Part shown: positions 24,867-33,600 of the stretch, one piece after another
How positions within the stretch are numbered: the stretch's first letter is position 1
How the letters are laid out: every line of letters begins with the position of its first letter
Made by a program: the position numbers and the translations under genes
The notes under the pieces: model-generated
Told to the model about the DNA's origin: nothing
The model's database searches: none
Seen by the model: the letters and a program-made list of their open reading frames with translations, nothing else
NCBI GenBank assembly: GCA_964647495.1
Contig: CAZYHO010000002.1
Location: 1-36,515 of the forward strand
DNA length: 36,515 bases
DNA from: an uncultured Akkermansia sp.
Lineage (GTDB): Bacteria; Verrucomicrobiota; Verrucomicrobiia; Verrucomicrobiales; V1-33
Direction: 5' to 3'

Positions 24867-25856
24867 ATGACCGTCCTTTTCCTCGGCAGCGGTGAAATCG
24901 GCGTGCCCGCACTGCGGTGGCTGATCGAGAAATCCGGCCACGATGTCATCGGGGTCGTCTGCCAGCCGGACAAACCCGCGGGCCGCCACCAGGTTCTCGC
25001 GCCGCCCGCCACGAAATCCGTAGCCGTTGCCGCCGGCCTGCCGGTCTTTCAGCCCGCGCGGCTGAACGAACCGGACGCTCTCGCGCCGTTGCTCGCTCTT
25101 GCGCCGGACGTCAGCGTAGTCATGGCCTACGGCCAGTTTTTGCCGAAGCGGCTGCGCGATGCCGCCCGTCTCGGCTGCCTGAACCTGCATGCCTCCCTGC
25201 TCCCGCGCTGGCGCGGCGCTTCGCCCATCCAGAGCGCCATCGCCGCCGGCGACACCGAGACCGGCGTCACCGTGATGCACGTCGCCGGCGAGATGGACGC
25301 CGGCGATACCATTCTCGCCGAATCCACCGCGATCCTGCCGGACGATACCGGCCAGTCATTGCACGACCGGCTCGCCACGCTCGCCCCGCGCGCCCTGGCC
25401 CGCGCGCTGCCGCTCATCGAAAGCGGCACCGCCCCGCGATTTCCCCAGGATCCGGCCCGCGTCACCCACTGCGCCAAACTCACCCGCGACGCGGGCGCGC
25501 TCGATTGGGCGAAACCCGCCGCGGATCTTGAGCGCCTCGTTCGCGCCTGCCACCCGTGGCCCGGCACCCACACGTTCCTGCCGGAGACACATGGCTGCCG
25601 GCTGCTGAAAATCTTTCCGCCCACGCGCGTGGCTCCCTGGCCGCCGCCCGCATCCGCCGGATCCTCGAACCCGCAGCCCGGCGCCATCGTCGCCGTCGAC
25701 CGCGACTCCATAACCGTCGCGACCGGCCGGGACGCGCTCATCGTGAGCACACTCCAGGCCGAAGGCCAGAAACGCCTCCCCGCCCGCGCGTTCCTCGCCG
25801 GCACACACCTCCGCCAGGGCGAAAAGCTCGGCAGATCAACCGGCCCGGCGGAGTGA
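24867..25856 (+). CDS. fmt: methionyl-tRNA formyltransferase
   Basis: FLGSGEIGVPAL..L......V.GVV.QPDKP.GR, then NLHASLLPRWRGASPIQSAI..GD.ETGVT.M.....MDAGD. A C-terminal Fmt domain is present. Confidence 0.95.
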   Translation: MTVLFLGSGEIGVPALRWLIEKSGHDVIGVVCQPDKPAGRHQVLAPPATKSVAVAAGLPVFQPARLNEPDALAPLLALAPDVSVVMAYGQFLPKRLRDAARLGCLNLHASLLPRWRGASPIQSAIAAGDTETGVTVMHVAGEMDAGDTILAESTAILPDDTGQSLHDRLATLAPRALARALPLIESGTAPRFPQDPARVTHCAKLTRDAGALDWAKPAADLERLVRACHPWPGTHTFLPETHGCRLLKIFPPTRVAPWPPPASAGSSNPQPGAIVAVDRDSITVATGRDALIVSTLQAEGQKRLPARAFLAGTHLRQGEKLGRSTGPAE

Positions 25857-25950
25857 TCGGCCGAGTCCATTTCGCGTCCGCCGCATCGACGCGCGCGCCG
25901 CGTTGCCGCTCGGGACTTGCGTGTTCGCCTTCCCGCTGCGAGACACGGGC

Positions 25951-26505
25951 ATGCCCGGCTCCACCCCGGAACTCCTGCTCGATGTCGAGCACTACACGCG
26001 CTTGATGCGCGAACTGGTGCCGGCGGCGCGGAAATTCCTGTGGATCGCGACCGCGGATCTCAAGGATCTGTTCGTCGAAGGCGGCCCGAAATCGCGGCCA
26101 TTCCAGCCGTTCGTCGCCGTGCTCGCCGGCCTGGTCGAACGCGGGGTGGCGGTCCGGTTGCTGCACGGCAAGGAACCGGGGCCGCGGTTTCGCGCCGACT
26201 TCGACCGCCACGCCGCACTGCGCGACAGCGATCTGTTCGAACGCGGGCTGTGCCCGCGGCTGCACGCCAAAATCGTCGTGATCGACGGCCTGACCGCGTA
26301 CGTCGGATCCGCGAACCTCACCGGCGCAGGACTCGGCGCCAAAGGCCCCCACCGCCGCAACTTCGAAGCCGGTGTCCTCCTCCACGACCCGGCCGCCGTC
26401 GCCCGCCTCATGCATCACATCGACTCACTCTGGCTCGGCCGGTTCTGCGGCCCCTGCGAGCGCCGCGACGTCTGCCCCGATCCGCTCGACTCGCGCGATG
26501 CTTGA
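25951..26505 (+). CDS. single-HKD phospholipase D / Nuc-like family protein
   Basis: ATG at 25951 preferred over the track TTG at 25903. One HxK-x4-D-x6-GSxN motif: LHAKIVVIDGLTAYVGSANL. About 184 aa, the size of single-HKD (dimeric Nuc-type) members. C-terminal Cys cluster FCGPCERRDVC. Confidence 0.8.
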   Translation: MPGSTPELLLDVEHYTRLMRELVPAARKFLWIATADLKDLFVEGGPKSRPFQPFVAVLAGLVERGVAVRLLHGKEPGPRFRADFDRHAALRDSDLFERGLCPRLHAKIVVIDGLTAYVGSANLTGAGLGAKGPHRRNFEAGVLLHDPAAVARLMHHIDSLWLGRFCGPCERRDVCPDPLDSRDA

Positions 26506-26582
26506 GAGCGCAAGCCGGCACGGGATTGCCAGCCGCGCTATGGCGATGGCGATGGCCTCCGCGCCGCGTCGTCGCGGCCGGT

Positions 26583-27377
26583 TCAGCGGCGGCGGCGCAG
26601 CAGGAACAACCCTGCCAATCCGGCGAGAGCCGCACTCGCCGGCTCCGGTATCAGCGCTACTACGCCGCCGGTCCGGGCGAGGTTGATTTGCTCGGCCGTC
26701 AGGGCTTCGTCGAAGATCGCGAAGTCATCCACTTCGCCACCAGGCCACCACGCGTCGAAGGAAGCGGCGCCTATTTCAAAATTCTGGATCGACGCCCACG
26801 GCAGGGAGGCTTGCGTTTCCGTGGTCCCGCTGACCAAGGCCACGCCGTCCTTGTAAATCTCGGTGAGGCCGGTGTTGCCATTGTACGTGAAAGCATAGTG
26901 ATGCAGCGCATCCGAAACCACACCGAGATCTCCGGAGACGCGCTGGTTGGTGCCGTCGCCCCACGAGGAGTCCCAGTACGTCGTGCCATCCGTCCACTCC
27001 AGGTGCACTTGAAAGAGGCGAGTGCCGGCGGCCGAGTTGCTGTCGCCGATCCAGAAGACCGACGAACCGATGCTCTCGGTATTCGGCTTCAGCCAGGTCA
27101 GAATGGTCACCGAGTTGCCGGTAGCGGCGTTGATGCCGGCAAGCGATCCGACGCCACCGGCTCGCGCCAGCAACGTGGCGCCGGGCCCCACCTGGGCGCT
27201 GCCGCCGAAAGCTCCCGTGGCCAGCCATGCGGGCGCCCCCTCCAGGAAGTTGCCGTTGCCGGAAGCGTCGTTCGCCACGTTGCCGCTGCCCTCATCCAAC
27301 GGATACCAGGCGACCAGCGAAGCCTGGCTGGAAGTGACACTGATGGCGGCGAGTGCGAGGAGAAATCCCGTTTTCAT
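26583..27377 (-). CDS. PEP-CTERM-anchored LamG/concanavalin-A-like lectin domain protein
   Basis: Start taken at MKTGFLLALAAISVTSSQA (signal peptide), 27 codons inside track ORF 26583..27458. LamG-type motifs LVAWYPLDEGSGNVANDASGNGN and GEVDDFAIFDEALTAEQI. The C-terminus IPEPASAALAGLAGLFLLRRRR is a PEP motif plus TM helix plus Arg cluster. Confidence 0.85.
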   Translation of the reverse strand: MKTGFLLALAAISVTSSQASLVAWYPLDEGSGNVANDASGNGNFLEGAPAWLATGAFGGSAQVGPGATLLARAGGVGSLAGINAATGNSVTILTWLKPNTESIGSSVFWIGDSNSAAGTRLFQVHLEWTDGTTYWDSSWGDGTNQRVSGDLGVVSDALHHYAFTYNGNTGLTEIYKDGVALVSGTTETQASLPWASIQNFEIGAASFDAWWPGGEVDDFAIFDEALTAEQINLARTGGVVALIPEPASAALAGLAGLFLLRRRR

Positions 27378-27506
27378 ACGAATGGCGTGGGTGGATGTAT
27401 GTACAGCGATAGAGTACCCTCCCGCATAACCGCCGCCGGCCATCGAGGCAATCCTCATTTTTACGAAAATGGCACGAACACCGGAGCGCCCCGGTCCCGC
27501 TCACTG

Positions 27507-27604
27507 TTCATGGTTCATGGTTCATGGTTCACGGTTCATGGTTCACGGTTCATGGTTCATGGTTCATGGTTCATGGTTCATGGTTCATGGTTCATGGTTC
27601 ATGG
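27507..27604. repeat. perfectly phased heptamer array, 14 x TTCATGG (units 4 and 6 are TTCACGG)
   Basis: Counted directly: 98 nt equals 14 x 7. The reverse complement CCATGAA (phase ATGAACC) matches the heptamers at 18677..18718. It lies between the giant-gene stop (27661) and the PEP-CTERM gene start (27377). Confidence 0.95.
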
Positions 27605-27617
27605 TGCGCCACAGACA

Positions 27618-27653
27618 CATGGGCCTTATGAGCCCCATGCGCCCCATACCCCC
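27618..27653. repeat. ATGGG/CCCCAT block related to 18643..18676
   Basis: CATGGGCCTTATGAGCCCCATGCGCCCCATACCCCC compares with CATGGGCTTATGGGCCGCATACGCCCCATGCCCC at the other locus, both read on the plus strand. Inverted ATGGG/CCCAT halves give hairpin potential. Confidence 0.6.
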
Positions 27654-27660
27654 GCACAGC

Positions 27661-30600
27661 TCACGGCTCCCACGTGACGCGCAAGCGCACGTGTGATTGC
27701 GGCTGGGCGGGCGGGCCGGCGGTGTCGATGACCGAGACCTGCTGATACCCTTCGTCGACCGGGCCGGGGATGACTTCGGCCGATCCCGTCCAGGGCGCCG
27801 CCGGCGTCTTGACCGCGATGGCGGTCCACCCTCGGAGGTCGTTGCCTGCCTCGACTTCGTAGCGCACGCCGGGCCGGCCGTGGGCCTGCGCGGCGTCCTC
27901 GTTGACCGGAAGTCGGAATGTCAGCGCAAAACGTCCATCGGATTGCAGTGCGCCGGCGGGCAGCGAGGCCGCGCCGTGAAGCCCGTCACCGGAACGTGGA
28001 TCGAGTCCAAGCGCGAATTCGAGCAAGGTCGGAAGCGAGTCGGCATCGTCGTCGCCGTGATCGTCGGCCACGCCGTGAAAGGCTTTCCACGCCGGATAGG
28101 TCGTGACCTCAAGCTCGCTGCCGATGCCCGGGGTGCCGTCGACGGCCGCGCTGGCGATCCAGGATGAAGGCATGGCGTAGCGGCCGGCGGGTGTGTTCAG
28201 GGCGGCGAGCTGGAGGGCATGTCCGGCGCCGTCAGTTTCCGGGAACCAATCGTCCTCGTAGCGGAATCGGAGCACGTTGGCATCGAACGGAGGCGCGAGC
28301 CGCAGCGCCAGCGTCTCGCCGCCGTTGTCGAGCCGCCCGTCGTAGACGCCGGCCACCCGCGGCCCGTCTCCATACCGGCTCCGGAACGCCCCGGCATTCG
28401 CCACCACCACAACCGTTTCCCGCGGCGCCAGCAGAAGCGGCGGGAATGTGAAATCGATGCCCTCGACGAAGCGGAGTCCGGTCAGATCGAGCGGCGCCGT
28501 GCCCGCATTGTGCAGCTCGAGCCAGTCGTAGTCGTTGCCGTCGCGGGCATTGTACATGAGTTCGGTGAGGCGCAGGCCGCGAAGAATGGCGAGCGCATTG
28601 ACATAAACAGGGTCGGCGCCGGCCATGGCAAACCCGCGGGTCGGCAGCTCGTTGAAAACAGGACGCCCGGTCTCGTCTGCCGACTGGCTGAAGCCGGTCG
28701 TCTGGCCGTAAAAAACGTGCTCGTCGATCACGCGCCCGTCAGCGCCGAGCAGGCTCAACCGGTCCTCCATGGCATTCAGCCCGAACGGCAGCCGGTCCGC
28801 AGCCTCGCTATCCCCTCCGCCGCCCCGGTAAACGGCATGGCCGCCCGGCGCGATGAAACTCAGCGGCGCGATGACATGGGCGCGCGGACGGCCCGGCCTG
28901 TTGTCCGTGAGAACCAGCCCGTCCAGCGCGGCCGGCAGCACGCCAGGATTGTGCAGCTCGACCCAGTCGTCCGTGAACCGCACACCGGGGGCCGCCATCC
29001 ACTCGCTGATCCGGACCGCCGAGGGCGAACCGAGGCGCGCGGGCTGATTCGCCGCCCCCGGCGTGGGCAGCGCCAGTCCCCAGCCGCGGTCGTGCCCGAG
29101 ACGCGCCAGACTGAACCCCGCAGGCTGCGCTCCGAAAACAACACTGTCTCGCTCAATGACCCCCTCACACAAGTAGAGCGCGTCGCCGTCCTTGTCCGAG
29201 GCGATGCCGGTGACCGAACCGTCCAGCCACAGGTAAGCGCCGGCCCCCAGAATCGTGCCTGGCGCAAAGATGAAATCCGCCTGGCCCGGAAGTTCGCCGA
29301 GCGACCAGCCACCCAGGTCGACGTCGGCCGCGCCCGCATTGTGCAGCTCGATCCAGTCGGGCGCGCCCCCGGCATCGGCGACGATCTCGCTGATGAGCAC
29401 GAGCCGCAGGGCCGGATCGACGGTCCACGACCATGTGGCGGCCATCTCCCCGGGCTGCCAGTTTCCCGCAAAGTCCAGGCCAAGCACACGCAGCGTGTGA
29501 GGGCCGCCCTCCAGCGCGTCCAGCACGAGCGTCGATTGCCGGATCGTCGGCGCGCCGCGCGGAAAGCCGCCGCCGGCGCCGATGGCAACGGGAGCGCTCC
29601 ACGGCCCGTCATCGAGGCTCCATTGGTACGCGACCAGCCCCGGACCGCCAATCACGAAAGCGGCGGATGATTGCGGCGTGAGAGCGGGCGGCCCACCCGT
29701 CACGTAGGCCCACTCCGGCGCCGTGGCGCCATAGTCGATCCCGCCGGGCGCCGTGCCGCGCGCCGCCGAGCCGGCCTGCAGCCGGAAATCGCCGGCCGCT
29801 TCATCGACGAAACCGGGATCTCCCGCGGCGTTGATGCCCAGGCGCGTATCGATGATGCCGCCGGTATGGCTCGGACCGATCACGTGTTCGCCGACGCGGT
29901 CGAGCAGGTTCCGATGAATCTCGATCTGGCTCGTGATGGCCCCGCGCCCTGTGGCGTCCTCGTCCGCGCCGGAAAACAACCGGGGCGCGCCGCTGACCAG
30001 ATTGAACCCGACATACGCGCCGAAGCCAGGCACGGCCGCCGGTTTCTCCTCCGGCACGAAAAGGCTGACGAGCGACGTATTGATCGCCTGATTAAAAGGG
30101 CGCGGCGGTCCGGTCAGGAAATGATAATCGGCGTTGAGCGCCGCCGCCGTGTTGTGCTCGACGATGGCGGCCGCGCCTCCCTTGAGATCCACGGCGTGGT
30201 CGACACGGGTGAAGACGTTGCGGGCCACCATGAGCGTGGTATCGGCCGACTGAGCCCCCGCCGCGATCGCGCCGGCATGTCCGGAGTGCGTCGCCCAGGA
30301 ATCCTTCGTGGCGCCTTCGAATCGATTGGACGCGATGTAAGCGTCCCCGCCGACCTTGATGTGCGCGGCGCCCGCGGGTCCGTGAAAGCGGTTGTAGCGG
30401 CAGTCGAGCACAAACGTCCGCCCCCAACGGCCGGAGCCGGCGTCCAGCACATCGTCGCCGCCGTGGCTCCCGAAAAAATCGTTGTCGTACACACGCCACC
30501 ACCCGCCGACGGGAAAACCGTCGAAGAAATCCGCGTTGTCCAGCACTTCCGGATCCGAGGCGGGAAACTCGACCTTCATCCTCTGCGAGGCGTCCTCGAG

Positions 30601-33600
30601 GCCGTACGCACTCGCGCCGAAGCCGGGCGGGAAAACGTCCGGGAAAACGCAGTGCCGCACGGTCAGCTTGCAGTTTCGACCGTAGATCATCCGCAGCCTC
30701 GTGCCGGCGAACGTCAGATGCTCGCACAGCGCCCATGACCGGATGATCCCCAGGCTGCCATGGTTCTCCGGGCCATCCGGGGACGTCCCCTGCGCGTTGA
30801 TGAAAGTGGCGTGGCTCACGATGTTCTCGTGCGCCAATGAATCGACGATGCGCAGGCCGCCCCATTTCGGCGCGCCGGTCTGGATGCCGGGCGTGACAGG
30901 ATCGGCGTCGCCGGACGCCACCGCGCCGGGAACATGCGAGAACGTCACACGCGCATCAGGCGTGCCGAGCACCCGGATCGTGCCGAGCACCGTCAGCCGC
31001 CGGTTTTCGTCGAAATACACACTGACACCGGGCTCGACCGTGAGCGTGGCGCCGGCCGGAATAAGGACGTGCTCGCGGACGTGCAGCGGGCTTTGCGACG
31101 CCTGCCACACGAGGTCGGCCGGCGTGTGAACCGGCATGCCGCCGAATGGCACGGCCCCCATGTCGGCCCGCGATCCGTCCGCATCAGGCGCCGTCGCGGG
31201 ATCGCCGGCATCGATCGCCGGCGAGCCTTCCTGAAGTCGGAAACTGCCGGCCGGAAGCCCGGCCGAAACAAAGAGCGGATCCGCATTCAGATTGCCGGCG
31301 CCGGGCCACGGCGCAGCGTCGGGCTGGCCGGTGCTCCGCGTGATCGAATACGTGATCGTCGTGTTCTCCGCGGCGTATGGAGCGTCCACCTTGACCGGCT
31401 CTTCCGCGAGAATAACGCAGTCGCGCGCCTCGAATGCCAGCGTGGCGCCGGCGTGGCTTTGACCGGCCTTGTTCTGCGTGTACAGGCCGGTCGATGGCGT
31501 GTCGGGATCCGGGTTGGAAGGATCCACCGGGTAACCCCATGGACCGCGCGTGGTGTCGTGGTTTTCGCTGACGATCGTGCACTGCGAAAGCGTCACGGTG
31601 CGCGTGGCCGCGGTGCTCGACTTCGAGGCGACCGCCTTGTCGCATCCGATGATCATCGTCCGCGTCAGGGTCAGGTCGTTGTCGAGCAAACTGATCCCCT
31701 TGTCCCAGCCGTCCCGGATGATGCAGTCCTCCACGACAAGCGGCCCGCCGAGTGCGTCGATGACATCGTCGCCGCAACGCGCCAGCACGCTGCCGCGGAT
31801 GATCACGGAGCGGCGGGATCCATTGTGAATATAGAGGCAGTCCTCGTCGTCGGGATCGTCGGGATCCGGATCGTCGCTTTCACGATACTCGGGCAGAAAA
31901 TGCGTAAGATGCGAATCCTCGAGGAGCAGGGCCATGCCGTCCCCGAGTTCCGGTCCGGTGACGCAGCGGGCGAGATGCGACCGCCGGATAACCAGCGAGC
32001 CATTGCCCTGTGTGTAGATCGCTTTGCCCGGCCCGTCGGAAAGCACGCAGTCGTGCATCGAGAGGCTCGCCCCGGCGATCCGGAGCATCGGTCCGCGCCC
32101 CGTGTGACCGCGCCCGGTCGAGTGCCCGCCGCGCGAGATCAACGCATGGGTGAAGACGGATTCGCCGCCGGATGTGAGCAGGATTTCCCCCCAGCACGCC
32201 TCCGGGGAAACGGCGGTCACGCTGACCGGCTCGGCCTCCGTGCCGTCGATGCGCAACACTCCCTGCACCACCAGGCCGGCGCCGTTCGTATCACGGGCGC
32301 CCGTGGTGCCCATCATGAGGACATGGGCGCCGGGCCCGATGGTCAAGGTGCGCCCGGCTGGCACGGTGACATCCCCGGTGACAAGCACCACGCCGCTCCA
32401 CGTCGTGTCCGCCGCCAGCATCCCCGAGGCTTCCGTGATCGCGGCGGGCGCCCCCATGCTGGCCACGGCCCGCACAGCGGTCAGCGCCCCCAGAGACGCG
32501 GTCAGCGTGAACGGCCCTGGATCGATCACCGTTTCGGTCGCGCGCAGTTCGAGATCGAATCCCAGGTCGAGGCTGACGCCCGTGGCCGATGTCCGCGCAT
32601 TGTGGAGTTCGACCGCGATCAGGTTTTCACCGGCCAGCAAAGCCGTCACCGGAACCGCGAACGTCTGGAAACTGTTCTCGGCGGAACCCGATCGGTTGCC
32701 CAGCGCCGCGGTCATGTGGGTCGCTCCTTGGGGCAGATTGGCGCGCGCAACCTCGGTGCCATTGATGTAAACGGCCGCCCCGTCGTCGTACAGCATCCGC
32801 AGTGACGCGCTCGACAGCCTCGACACGTCATCCACCTGAAACCGATGGCGGAAATACCATGTGAATCGCGGGTCGCTCGCGGAGGACGTCGACGGCACGT
32901 TGGCCACCACGGTCCGCTCGTCGTCATCCCCGGCGCCAAACTGGCCCGGCGCCCCGGGCGCATCCTCGGGTTTCCAGGCGCTGTCGTCGAACGCGAGCAG
33001 TGCCCGCCACGCCGCCGACGGTGCGCCGCCCGCATCCAGATATTTCCACAGCGCCGCCGAGGGATTGGGCGATTGGCGCGTGCCTCCGGGCTCGACCAGC
33101 GTGCGCACCGATCCGGCGCCGCCGCCGACCGCGACGAGCAGGCTCCCGCGGCCGTTGAGCATCGTGACGGCCGCCGGGCCGCCATCGGCCGCACGCAGCG
33201 TGAGGCCGTCGCTCGCCGTGAGCGTCACGGTTTCCTCCCGGAACGTGCGGTCGATTTCGCCATGGACATTCCGGCGTTCGACTTTGACCAGCATCGGCAC
33301 GCCGGGCACATACGTCGCAGGGCATTCGACGTGGAGCGTGCTTCCCAGCGGCACGCCGCCCGGGCTGACCGGCATCATCGAGCCGCCAGCCGCGTTCAGG
33401 ACGTCGAGACCGGCCCGGTGCAGCAGCGCTCCGGTGCCGTCGGGACCGTCGAAGAATTCGGCTGTCACCCGCGTGATCCCGTTGCCCGGAAAGCCGGGAA
33501 CCGACGCGGTATCGAGGCGCCAGGATCCGGCGGGCGTGTTTCCGCTCGCACGATAGCTCAATGTGGCGGGCCGGCCGTTGAGCAGGATCGACCGCGTTCG

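Noticed and set aside
26563-26578. Short GC hairpin (GCCGCG-tcgt-CGCGGC) between the convergent PLD and PEP-CTERM genes as a bidirectional terminator
   Set aside because: The stem is only 6 bp and neither strand has a following U/T run. This is too weak to call in GC-rich DNA, where such palindromes are frequent.
16962-27660. Mobile element or genomic island boundaries around the accessory-looking right half
   Set aside because: I could recognise no transposase, integrase, tRNA attachment site, or long inverted or direct terminal repeats. The transition from housekeeping to surface-protein genes has no visible mobile-element signature.
25917-27677. 586-aa plus-strand ORF running through the PLD gene (other frame), the PEP-CTERM gene (antisense) and the heptamer array
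   Set aside because: It is Arg/Pro/Ala-rich with no domain signatures, and it conflicts with two genes that have clear motifs.
27469-27696. 75-aa ORF encoding the GSWFMVHGSWFMVH... repeat peptide
   Set aside because: It is purely the translation of a 7-nt tandem repeat, so the heptad peptide arises automatically. There is no plausible start context, and the same repeat type occurs in non-coding spacers elsewhere.
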